Positions 23,151 through 35,712 of a stretch of DNA of 64,000 nt are shown in pieces. Position 1 is the stretch's first letter. Every line of letters begins with the position of its first letter. Position numbers and translations under genes: made by a program. The notes beneath the pieces were generated by a model. It saw nothing but the letters and a program-made list of their open reading frames with translations. It did not search any database and had not been told where the DNA came from. This stretch comes from Mytilus trossulus (taxonomy: Eukaryota): contig NC_086373.1 of the NCBI RefSeq assembly GCF_036588685.1, forward strand, positions 101,742,001 through 101,806,000, written 5' to 3'.

Positions 23151-24486
23151 ACGATATCCCTGGTTTAACCCTACTTTCCGCTATATAGATGATGTTCTTT
23201 CACTAAATGATTCAAAATTTAGTGACTATGTGGAACGCATCTATCCCATCGAACTAGTTATAAAGGATACTACAGATACAATTAAGTCGGCCTCATTTCC
23301 CGACTTACATCTAGAAATTGACAATGAGGGTCGGTTGAAAACAAAACTTTACGACAACAGAGATGATTTCAGCTTTCCAATTGTGAAATTTCCATTTCTA
23401 AGTAGCAACATTCCAGCAGCAGCTGCATACGGGGTATGTATCTCCCAATTGATACGATATTCCCGTGCTTGCATTTCCTATCATGGTTTTCTTGATATAG
23501 GGTTGCTGCTCACAAGGAAGCCATTAAACCAAGAGTTCCAAATGGTGAAGTTGAAAATATGCCTTCGTAAATTTTACGGACGCCATCACGAGTTGGTTGA
23601 CCGTTAATGAATAACCATTTCACAAATGATATCGGATATGTTCCGTACGTCGTAACTGCAATCCCCTTCCCTTTCATGAATGTGACCTACCGAATAAGAC
23701 TATTTACCGGATTTGTTATTACATAAGCAACACGACGGGTGCCACATATGGAGCAGGATCTGCAATCTTCATGTTCGTCAGATTCATGTCCCAATCCAAG
23801 GTTAAGCGTTTATTGATGTTACCCTGTAGCTTAGATGCTATATGCAGAAGGTCGATTATATATTTGGGTTATGCAATGATTGTAAGGCGTACATGTTTCT
23901 CTTGCAAGTTTAAGCTAACCTTGACAATTTTTTCAAGTTTCTTTAGATAAAGAAATTGTTTGTGTTTGAGTTCGTTTCTCAGATGCTATAATCTATGTCA
24001 ACTAAATTTTGTATATGGAATGTTCGTTAGTTGTCTGGTAGGTAGACTTCATCTTCATCCATTAGTCTCCATTAGCATTAGGTCAATTGTAATGTATATA
24101 TATATATATTATATTATATATAAACGAGTCTAAATTGAAAACTACGTTCAAACCTATGATTGCGTTGGATAAAAACCGCAATTTTTATACGTGTGCATGT
24201 CAAACAAATTTCGTTGTAGAAGGGTCTAAAAACAGCACAAACAACATTTTCCAAAAGACCAAAAAAGTGAAAAAGTATATTTCAACAAAACGCATTTGAC
24301 TAACAGGTCGAACAACTGATGTTCTTTAACCCTGCTGACTGCCATTGACGATTGCCAAATAAAATTGATCACAAGATGTAACAAAATGGATCTGAATATT
24401 AATTTAATACGTCACAGAAAAAAAAATTTGTAAACTTGTGGCTACGATGTTGTGCCACAAACATTCGGTGTCAATATTTCTTTAGT

Positions 24487-24530
24487 ACACCAGATCTAGA
24501 TTTCGACAATATATGTCTCTTCAGTGATGT
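24487..24530 (-). ncRNA. Minimal type-I hammerhead ribozyme, intact core
   Basis: ACATCA-CTGAAGA-GACA-TATAT-TGTC-GAAA-T-CTAG-ATC-TGGTGT: all three stems pair; palindromic loop III. Confidence 0.8.
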
Positions 24531-26806
24531 TAGGGATCGAAACGGTATTTGGAAGGCCATATAATTTACTCTCAATTTAAGATTGACTCTTGAATTTTAA
24601 GAGACAATATAGGATGAACGGATCATATAAACCGGAGAGAATATATATGTATGATTGAGTGTTGGGTCGGTTTGTCTGACCTTGACCTCATTTCAGGGAT
24701 CAATGTAAGCGTTTTCAATGATTAATATACACAAAAAGGTGTGGTATGATCGATAATGCAACAACTCTCAATCCAAGACACAATGTATAAGTAAACCATT
24801 ACAGGTCAAAGTACGGCCATCGAATTCAACAATGAATGCCTCCCATCGAACAGAAAGCTATAAAGGATCACAAAATGGTTAGAGTACAACATTCAAAAAG
24901 GAAAACTAATAGTCTAATATGTATATAAAAACTTGTTTCTACACTGAGATTACTAATAAGTGTTATAGAAGTCTCAGTTCTAAGGTGCAATCATTTGTAT
25001 TCCTGTTGTGTGATGTTATTAATGACACCTTCAATATCATTGCCATTGAAAAGAAACTTAGCATTTCAGTTGAATAGATTTCTCGCTTCGGCCATTAATT
25101 GGACATATTGATAAATTGTATGGTATATTAGGACCGAAACCAGACGGCTAAACAAAAAGGATGTCAAAACAAGAAAAACAGTGATGGGTGAGGATGAAAA
25201 ATCTTGAATACAAAATATCATAAGAAACATAAAAATAATAACGTATTAGTCTTGCAATGTATAAATCGGTGAAGAACTAGAGATAGGTTTGCTTATAAAG
25301 TTGATAATGAGTTTTCATACAGTTGAAGAAGTGATTCAATAGAAATAACACTTTATAAATTGCGGGCGTCAGAAGTGCTTTTTCTGGATTTACCTCCATC
25401 AGAAAGAAACCATAAAAAAATAAATCTGTAGTTGAAGGATGCATAAATACCCGGTACGTAGAATCGTTAATGGCTATATGACCAAAAGGAACCAAAAAAA
25501 GATTGGTCATACGTAACCATCTAAATAAAGGCAACAGTAGTATACCGCTATTCATAAATCGATTGAGAAAAAAAACCAAATCCGGGTAACAAACTAAAAA
25601 TGAGAGAAACACATCAAATATAAAAGGAGAACTACGACACAACAGGTCGAGTTTGAATGTTATGTCTCTTTTAATAAATTCTTAATGGCAGTTGTTTTCA
25701 GTTCGTTTGATGTGTTTAAGTTTTTGATTTTGCCATTTGATGATGCACTTTCCGATTTGAATTTCCTTGGAGTTCGGTATTATTTTTATTAAACTTTTTT
25801 CTTCAATTTTCAACTCGGCATTACTTTAGCATTTGCTTATTGAAGTGATAATGTTTAAGAAAGTTAGAAATCAAAGAAATCACTGGCAAAACACTAATAC
25901 AAATATAATTCTGCAGGAAATGGTAACTTGAAATTCTGCAGAAACGCATATAAAATAAAAGGATCGTGTCCTGCTTTAATTGTTATAAAATTTCAGTTTT
26001 TGTCTCAACACCACTTATAAACAAATCATTTGATTTCACTGCGATATGTTTTCTTTCTCTATGTCACCACTTTGGTTAGAATATTGTCTCAAATCATTAC
26101 AATTAAGTCCAAAAGTAAATCCTTTCCACAGAAAGAAACTATTTGATAGAGTAAAGCCTACTTTGGAATCAGATTCAATGAAAAATAATTCATCATAGCT
26201 GTGTAACTGTCTACTACAGGCACGTGACTACAAGTAAAATATAAATCATCCATTTTGCTCTTTATTTCGAGATATTTTTCTGGCGAAATAAAAAAAAAAC
26301 ACTTCTTAAAATAAGAGGAAGAGAAGTTGGTAAATTTGAAAATGATATGGTCGTGTCATAAATCAGTTCGTATTATTGTATCTTGATTCATCGAATGCAA
26401 TTGTAAAAGTAAGTGTAAGAAGTTAAGATAAAAGATGAAATGATGAAGATTAATTATAGATATTGCAGAAAAAAGATTTACATACTTCAAAGACGAAATA
26501 CTTAGAATTTACGTAATAACTAACTTTTGTGAAAACAATACTTATTTGAAATATGTAGCTTCCTTGTCTAAGTAATAATAGAACTACGTTTGAAAACGAT
26601 TCAATTCAGAAATAACATCATACGTATATTCATATTCCAAACGTGATTGTTCCACCTGGTCCATTAATTATATAACATCATTTTGTTGCACTTCTATGGA
26701 GTAAATTGTATCAAAGGAATTAATGTAAATTTTGTTTTCTGAATTAGGAAAATTAACAACAAAATGTGGTACACACTGAATAGACCACGTAGTAGGATAT
26801 AAAAGT

Positions 26807-27000
26807 GAGAGGGTTAGCGCTATAAAACCAGGTTTAATCCACCATTTTCTACATTTGAAAATGCCTGTACCAAGTCAGGAATATGACAGTTCTTGTCCAT
26901 TCGTTTTTTATGCATTTTGTTATTTGATTTTGCCATGTGATTATGGACTTTCCGAATTGATATTTCTCTAAGTTTAGTATTTTTGTTATTTTATTTTTTT
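26807..27000 (+). mobile_element. Short dispersed retro-repeat (family E)
   Basis: Related segments at 55630-55810 (+), 44970-45240 (-) and 60300-60490 (-); contains the CCTGTACCAAGTCAGG core. Confidence 0.6.
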
Positions 27001-29804
27001 ATATATCTAAAATTGTGCACCATATTTGATTTATTTTGAATAGACAAAAACAAATATTAAAGTTATTCTTTGTAAATTTTATATTGAAGATCCAACAATT
27101 TTGGTTTTATATGAACCTATTTCCGACCTTTAATGAGGTAACTATACCTGTATTAAAATCAGTTAAAAAGAACCTATACAGTTTAAATGCATATATATTT
27201 GTTCATCAATGAACAAAATTTAAAGACAACTTTTATAACTCATAAATAAATCAAATAAAGGAAAATAACACAATATGAGCTTAGATACAATATAAGAGAT
27301 ATGTTAAAACGTGACAACTCATCCTGCTTCATGACTTGTGCTCTGGATAAATCAACAATATAAACATATTCAAACAAAATACAATTTAAAAGGAAATGCG
27401 GCACCCATCTACCATAATAAAAAAAAAGACAGGTAGACAAAAATCAGTCCACAAATGAAGTTATGGTACTACGAATCTGGAGAACATCATGTGTATCAAC
27501 GTTCACTTGAAAATAAAGTTTAACGCAGGTGAGGGAAGGGTTATTCTTTTTTAATGCAGTTTCATAACACAAATATAAGCATATATATAAAATTATATAT
27601 ATAATTCAAAGACATTTTATCTACATTGTGCAATTCCCCCCACAGTGAACCTGAAAATTTACGTCAAAATAAAGATGACCGAAAAAAAAATGAAATTGTT
27701 GGTTCCCGAGTAATCACATTATACACGAAAACATTTAAACAAAACATTCAACAATATGACGAAATAGCTTCTCTACAAATACACTTGTAAGTAACACAGA
27801 TGTATCATAACTACAAAGATACTTAACAAATCATAAAATTTCTTCAAGTGATTTTTTGTCAATTAACTTTTAGTTATCCTGTATAACATTTAGTATACAG
27901 TTGTATAGTTTGGGATAATTTATTTCCATTTAGATCATTTGATCCGGAGTCATTAGCCAACATGCCTTCATTGCATTTGACTTGTGTTGCAAAGTTTACA
28001 TTTTACAGCTTAAACATAGTTTAACAAAGATATCGACCTCTAGGGTAAATTTAAAAAAAAAAGTGGAAAGTCCTTAAAACATGACTAAATCAAATGTTTA
28101 ACTTTCCTGTAAATCTATTCTATAACCTAACAAACATGTTTGACATGGAAACTGACAAAATTTCGTCAACATAAATTCTTTTTTGAGTAAAACACTTTTA
28201 AAAGATTTTAATCATAAAATCTCCGAAAACATGAAACCGGATAATTTTTCAAACTTTATGGAAATAATTAACATCTCTCATAAAAGCAACATTAATAATA
28301 ATATTCAACTAATCTTAATCAAAAGCTTCCTAAAAAGAATAAACCAAAATCTGAAAGTAAAAAAGAAATGTAAACGGGTTTTATGCCGTCACCATGCAAT
28401 TGATTCTGTTCGATTAAACGTGTAATGATCAAAAACTAAGCCATCTATCAATAACATCTATGAATCTTGATCTCGGAGAAGATTATTTTCAAAAGTTTCC
28501 ATGATGATTAAACAAAGATACCAAAAAAATGTAATATCAGACTTGTGTAAACAAAACATTATCTGTTATTTAAAAATAAAAGCTTATGTCTAATTTAAAT
28601 AAAACTCCATGAAGGTGTGACAAAATTTTTAATGTGTAAAAAAACTTAAACCACATACTGAACCTAATTGTTTACGCCACCGACGCCGAAACAGTAAAAT
28701 TGATATTATGATTCTACCACAAAATCTATTGTCAAGATATTTTTAAACGTATGGATAGTACTATAATTTTATATAGCTATATATGGAGTATTTCAAAGCC
28801 AGAAACAATCCATTTATTTCATTTCTCATATATTCATGATGGAAATCATAAAATCACTATAACATAGAAAGCAACCTTCGCAAAGCCTTTTAAATGTCAT
28901 ACCAGTGAACCGAACTCAGTACAACGTACTACATTTGGTTTATCTTGATAGTAATAAAGACTCGTTTGAAATCGATTCCCATTTAATAATGATATTCGTA
29001 CTCGTAGTTGTCCAGCTGATCCCGTAATTTATAACACCAATGTGTCTACAGATTGTAGTTGTCAATTTCAAAGTAGTTTGTAATTGGTTTTGATTTCATG
29101 TATTCACCTGCTGTTATATCAAATTACTGTAAAAAAAGTGCAAGTTTGAGTGATAAACATATTTCTTGTTAAAGGAAATTAAACTTTTTGCTTGATAACG
29201 ATGGCAAATACCTTTACAGGAAAGATACTTGACATTTATTTCGCTTGATAAATCAAGAAAGTGTCATTTCGTGCAATAATTCCTTTTTCAGTAGCATTAC
29301 ATCTCATATACTTATCAAACTTTTAAAAGTTATAATATGACAGAGGGATAAAAACTTGTATATGATTATCATTAGTTCCAATATATAGCGTTCATACGTG
29401 AGTAGGTATATTGATTTGCTCTGGTACGAAGCGCTTTCATATATTCTTTTCAATGAATATTAACATTTAATTTACTCCAGTGTGTATCTTTTCAATGTGC
29501 ACTGAAGTTGTAAAATGTCCCTTGCTTTAGTAGAAAACATTTTTATTATGTTCTTGATTTGTTCAAGTGTTTAGCGTTTTCATATGTTCTAGAGCAGTAA
29601 CATATGATTTACCCCCATTTGTAGCGTTGGCTTATTTTCTTGTGTTCTTTTCGTTTTCATATGTACATACAATATACTTCCGTTTATTTTGTTTTTCAGT
29701 AGAAAAATAATATTTGCTCCAGAATGTAGTTTTTGTAAATGTCCTTTGAAGTAAAATATATTTTGCTATAGTATATATCATTTTATTATGTTCTTGAGGG
29801 ATAG

Positions 29805-31070
29805 AAAAAGAGGGACGAAAGATACCAAAGGGACATTCAAACTCATAAATCTAAAACAAACTGCTTTTAACTAGCTGTCAGTAACTGCGAGTACTCTCAA
29901 ATCGTATTTTCTAGTTAATTCGACCTGTTGATACTGTTTATAATGCTTTTTTGTTATTTTTTATTTATATGGATCTTGTCTGTACACCAGCTTTGATTAT
30001 TTTTAATATCTTCAATTTTTCACTTATTCTTACAACATTTGTATAAACTTCAAGATTATAAAAAAACGGTTTTTTTCTAAAGTGAACATTGATTGGTTAA
30101 ATATTTCTCAGTGATGTCCTGTGTTTGAATTTGTTTGTTAGCTTTTTGGTCATGAATGTTTGTCTCTAATATTTAATTAACTGTGCATTTGTATTCAGAT
30201 ATCGCAGATCAAATTTATTCGTTCATTGTGTAATCATACGTTTTTTGATTGAGTTAAGTCTGCCAATTGATATTTTATCGTATGTTTTTCTATGTTGTGA
30301 TGTTATGCTATTGTTTCAGAAAAAGGGAGAAGGTTTGGATTCATTAAAACGTTTAATCCCGCTGCAAATGTTTGCACCTGTCCTAAGCCAGGAATCTGAT
30401 GTACAGTAGTTGTCGTTTGTTTATCTAATATATACGTGTTTCTCGTTTCTCGTTTTGTTTATATAGATTAGACCGTTGGTTTTCCCGTTTGAATGGTTTC
30501 ACACTAGTAATTTTGGGGCCCTTTATAGCTTGTTGTTCGGTGTGAGCCAAGGCTCCGGGTTGAAGGCCGTACTTTAACCTATAATGGTTTACTTTTTAAA
30601 TTGTTATTTTGATGGAGAGTTGTCTCATTGGCACTCACACCACATCTTCCTATATCTATTGACAACGCCATGGCTAAAAATGAAAAAGACAAACAGAAAA
30701 ACAATAGTACACATTACACAACATAAAAAACTAAACAATAAACAATACGAACCCCACCAAAAAACAAGGCGTGATCTCAGGTGCTCCTGAAGGGTAAGCA
30801 GATCCTGCTCCACATGTGGCACCCGTCGTGTTGCTTATGTGATAAAAAATCCGGTAAATAGTCTAATTCGGTAGGTCATATTCATGAAAGGGAAGGAGAT
30901 TGTAGTTACGATGTAAGGAACATATCCCATATCATTTGTGAAACGGTTATTCCATAACGGTCAACCAACTCGTGATGGCGTCCGTAAAACTTACGAAGGG
31001 ATGATTTCAACTTCACCCTTAATTTTGGAACTCTTGGTTAAATAGTTTCCTTGTGAGCAGCAACCCTCTA
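29805..31070 (-). mobile_element. Family A Penelope-like 3' end (RT C-terminus plus tail), split by the family C insertion
   Basis: 30800-31070 is the reverse complement of ~23495-23765; the tail continues at 29805-29863; another tail copy lies at 16460-16680. Confidence 0.75.
29864..30659 (+). mobile_element. Family C retro-repeat inserted into family A
   Basis: Interrupts host AAACAAACTG|ACAACGCC; ends CACCACATCTTCCTATATCTAT; partial copies at 32020-32218, 58586-58830 and 11320-11440. Confidence 0.75.
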
Positions 31071-31784
31071 ACGTTTGATATCCCTTGGTGTACATTTTTT
31101 CTTATGTACTTGTATAGGAACATGTCATCTTCTTCAGTATTAATATATAATTAACTCCAGTATATCTTTTTAGTTGTAACATATCATTTGACCAAGTATA
31201 TGGTGTTTTCATAATTATGTTCTTGTGTATTAAAATATTATTTGCTTCAGTATGCAATGTTTTCATCTTTTCTTGTGCAGTAACATATTATTTGCTCGCT
31301 ATGTAACGTTTCAATATGTTCTTGTGTATAAACATGTGATTTGCTCTAGTATGTAAAGTTCTCATATGTTTTTCTGTATAAACATATAATAAACACTAAT
31401 ATATTTTTGAGTAGTAATCAACACAACTTTTGCTCCAAAATTTAGATTAAAAGTTTAATTATGAAGGTTTGTTAAATACTTGCCTTATTAACTATTTAGG
31501 TATACATCGGTATTGGTTATTATCAGCCCAGATAATTGTTAATTAACGTTCTTTGAAACAAAGAAAAGAACAAACAAACAATTCTTACTTTTCCATTTGA
31601 AATCACAGACAGTGAGTCAACAAACATACATATGGTGACAAATAGTAGTAATATCCAATGATTTATTTCTATTTTAGGAATAGATTACCGTAGCTGTATT
31701 TGGCACTACCTTTAGGAAATTTTTGGTCCTCAATGCTCTTCAACTTCGTACGTTATTTGGCCTTTTAAACATCTTTGAATTCGA

Positions 31785-31828
31785 GCGTCACTGATGAGTC
31801 TTTTGTAGACGAAACGCGCGTCTGGCGT
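31785..31828 (+). ncRNA. Minimal type-I hammerhead ribozyme in a retrozyme fragment (~31660-31870)
   Basis: GCGTCA-CTGATGA-GTCT-TTTGT-AGAC-GAAAC-GCGC-GTC-TGGCGT; predicted cleavage after C31822. Confidence 0.88.
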
Positions 31829-32546
31829 AAATATAAAATTTTAGTCCTGGTATCTATGATGAGTTTATTTACTGATGAAAAATAGAATACCTTTGAGAAG
31901 AAAAAAAATGAGAGGGATTTTGTTTTTACTTGGCCTTAACTGGCTCGATTTCGGGTATTTGTTTTATAAAAATGCATCCAACTCAATTGAAATAAACAAT
32001 TTAATACAGAAAATATACTTAGATTAGACCGTTGGTTTTCCCGTTTAAATGGTTTTACACTAGTCTTTTATGGGGCTTTTTATAGCTTGTTGTTCGGTTT
32101 GAGCCAAGGCTCCGTGTTGAAAGCCGTACCTTGACATATAATGGTTTACTTTTATCAATTGTTACTAGGATGGAGAGTTGTTTCATTGGAAATCATATCT
32201 CATCTTCCTATATCTATTAGGAGTGGATTTGAAAAAAAATATAAAAATGTAAAAATAAATATAATAAAACAAACCTTGTTACATTGATATCTCATTCGAT
32301 TTATGACCATTGAAGATCGGTATACTACTGTTGGCATTTTTTCTCAATTGCGCGTAGGAAATTTGTATTATGCAATAATGCATCAAATTGCAATGAAAGA
32401 AAAATTGTCATTCAATATATACACCATCTTGACATTTTTACTTTTTCTTATTAAGCAATTCTGATTGATTTCATATTTTAATATAAAAATAAATACAGTC
32501 TCTCTAATTAGGGCCCCGACTAAAAGTCGGGTCGCCCTATAGTGAT

Positions 32547-33694
32547 CAGTCTGTCCGTCCGTCCGTCCGTCTGTCCGTCGTACCGTCTGTCCGTCCGTCC
32601 GTCCGTAACACTTTAACTTTGTGTCCGCTCCATATCTAGAAAACCATTATGATTTCATACTTTATACTTTACATGTTTATTAACCACCACCAGAGGCCGT
32701 GTCATGATGTATGTACAACTTTCTAGGTCAAAGGTCATGGTAAAAATACTTTGGTTTCAGTTGACAACCCTGTGTCCTGTGGTGATGATCGTGTCCGCTC
32801 TATATCTTGAGAACCCTTATGATTTCAAAGTTTATACTTGATATCCATTTTAACCAACACCAGAGGGTGTGTCATGATGTATGTACAACTTCCTAGGTCA
32901 AAGGTCAAGGTAAAAAAACCTTTGGTTTTAGTTGACAACCCTGTGTCCTGAGTTGAAGATTGTGTCCGCTCTATATCTTGGGAACTGTTTTGATTTCAAA
33001 TATTATACTTGACATCCATTTAAACCAACACCAGAGGGTGTGTCATGATGTATGTACAACTTCCTAGGTCAAGGTCAAAAACTTTGGTTTCAGTTGACAA
33101 CCCCGTGTCCTGTGATGAAGATCGTGTCCGCTACATATCTAGATAACCGTTCTGATTTTATACTTAATACTTAACATGTTTATTAACCAGCACCAGAGGG
33201 TGTGTCATGATGTATGTACAACTGCCTAGGTCAAAGGTCAAGGTCAAAAACTTTGGTTTCAGTTGATAGCCCTGTGTCCTGTGGTAAAGATCGTGTCCGC
33301 TCCATATCTGGATAACCTTTATGATTTCAAAGTTTATACTTGACATCCATTTTAACCACCATCAGAGGGCGTGTCATGATGTATGTACAACTTCCTAGGT
33401 CAAAGGTCAAGGTAAAAAAAACTTTGGTTTTAGTTGACAACCCTGTGTCCTGAGTTGAAGATTGTGTCCGCTCTATATCTTGGGAACCATTTTGATTTCA
33501 AATATTATACTTGACATCCATTTTAACCAACACCAGAGGGTGTGTCATGATGTATGTACAATTTTCTAGGTCAAAGGTCTGTTTGTCTGTTGGTCTGTCC
33601 ATCGCTTACAATTTTGATTCACACTATATTTATTTTCCCAACGTTATTGACAGCGGGGCCCACAGAGATGGCTTCCATCTCAATGATATCTAGT
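32547..33694 (+). mobile_element. Helentron-associated non-autonomous element (HINE/pearl/MgE-like) carrying a tandem array
   Basis: Subterminal IRs GGGCCCCG / CGGGGCCC, 5' hairpin CCGACT..AGTCGG, (GTCC)n microsatellite, central repeats, 3' hairpin GAGATGG-CTT-CCATCTC, CTAGT end. Confidence 0.8.
32620..33578 (+). repeat. ~170-bp satellite array, ~5.6 units
   Basis: TGTCATGATGTATGTACAA at ~32700, 32870, 33041, 33203, 33372 and 33543. Confidence 0.9.
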
Positions 33695-35712
33695 CTCCTT
33701 AATAATTTATTATATAAAGTTATGAAGGTAGAGAGCACTCATGCGCCAATTTTAAGTTGATGCTGTGTGTTATTTTATTGTGTGTATTACCTGGTCTTGT
33801 GAGATGCAAATAGAGTGTTATCTAAAATTAAAATTTATGACTCTCAAAACTGTTTTTTTCAATATTAAAATTAAAATTGCTTTGTTCAATCTCTTTCACA
33901 TATATATATAAATATTGGAATTTTGTTTAAAGATACTGGTTTTAAATTTGTTTGTTCCAAGTACCTGATGTAGGTTATTCCAGAAACAAGTAGCATACAA
34001 GGGAAACCGGTATCTTTCTATATTTCACAGGCAAAACACTAATTAATAGAAACGTCATTGTTAGAAACATCTGCAATAGGTTTAATTATTACAATAACAC
34101 TATATGACAAGAGAAAAGAATAATATAACAGGTACTAAAATAGTTATTGTTGGACTAAGATTGATAGTGCATGATCTTAGATTGATTTAATTCTTCTAAT
34201 GTATAATAACAGTCCATTCGAACTTGGAATGTTTCTACGAATTACGTCATAGTTAAGTGCTTCTAATAGGTCAATTAAAAATTATGGCGGAAATGTACAA
34301 CAGACATCAGGATGTCTATAGACATATGCAAACAATGCTAGGAACGTATGAAGCGACAGGTTACATTAACCTTGCACAACCCTCAAAGATTTGAAATTCA
34401 ACTCATTTATAATAACTAAAACTTAATATGTAAAAATGGACTTCAAAGTTAAGCTAAAGTCTTCAGAACTGTATTAGAGATAAGAAATTATTTTTGGTCA
34501 GACATTATTTTGAGATCCCTTCTGAAAGGAAACACAACCAAAAACTCTAATCAATAATAGGAACACTTAATCAGTGAACGTTTGTGTCAAGTTTACACTT
34601 TGTGAAACAAATCAAGCGAATAAAACAGCGGGACTCAGCGTTAAATATTCTTTTTTCAAAAATAAATTAATTGGTAGAACAAAACAGTGTACACTGGTCG
34701 TATCCAAAGTCACATGCTTTGTTTAAAAAATGTAACAATATTACTAAAAACTGATGTGTTATCTGTGTTTAAAATCGATTCAGCAAAAATTTGAACACCA
34801 AATCTCTGTATTATTGAAACAATCTAATGAAAGTTTGAAGATACTTATGGTAAGGAAATAGATGACTTCATAATGCACAAGTTATACATATTGCTCATTC
34901 ATCTCAATCTTAAATATAACTTCAGACACGAGCAAAGCGAACGGGTAAAAAATTATACAGAACTTTAGAAAGGGACAAAGGCCCATCATCGTTCAAACAG
35001 GAAACAAAAACCAATGAATTTCGTATTGATTTTCGACGTTAAGCTGAACGATCCAAATCTATAAACGGAAAAGTTATTTCTCTTATTAAAAAAAATATCT
35101 AAATCAGTTCCCTTGGATAAATTTCCGCAGTAAAGTTAGATGATTCCGGATTATTTAGAGCAAAAATATCTTCAAGGTAAGGTCAAGTTTGATTAAATAG
35201 AATTTAGGATGATCGTTCAAATAGTTTGGCAATATAAACTTTGATTCATTACATTACAATGAAAGAGATGCGTATAAAGGAATATAAATGTTGTCTATTT
35301 GATTGCTTATAACCTGTTTAAAAAAACTTTATTGCAGAAGTGACATGCATATTGTCAAGATGAAAATTTACAGCCTTAATCATCTCTTCACAGTTCCAGT
35401 AAGTGTTTCTATCATATGTACAGTTTCATTTTACAATACGTCTATAATATGTGTTAGATTTAAACCTAGACTGAATCGTTGATGAACTGGGAACAAAATA
35501 TAAATTTACAAATGTTAGCGACAGTCTACGTTTTTTGATTTTACATTTTATGAGCAATTACGTTAAAAATTATACTCTTCAATCATATTTTCCAATGCAG
35601 CCTTCCTTTCTTACGAATTCGTAATTTATATATTCCGTTATTTTAACTCCTAATTCAATGTTTTGACTTTCGGCCTCATTTTACCTTCTCATAACCCTTT
35701 AAATAATACAAA

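Larger units (their letters stand above)
21600..23765 (+). mobile_element. Decayed Penelope-like (Naiad-like, family A) RT fragment, interrupted by a nested insertion
   Basis: Frameshifted RT motifs: MLDFLIDNIFVTFG, PLADLF..YEADF, FRYIDDVLSL (23175-23204), LKTKLYDNRDDFSFPIV, AYGV-ISQLIRYSRAC. Confidence 0.85.

Noticed and set aside
30150-30205. ATGA-12nt-AA pattern in family C as a SECIS
   Set aside because: The 3' arm does not pair with the 5' arm.
32620-33578. CRISPR-like array
   Set aside because: Eukaryotic DNA; the whole ~170-bp unit repeats with no unique spacers.
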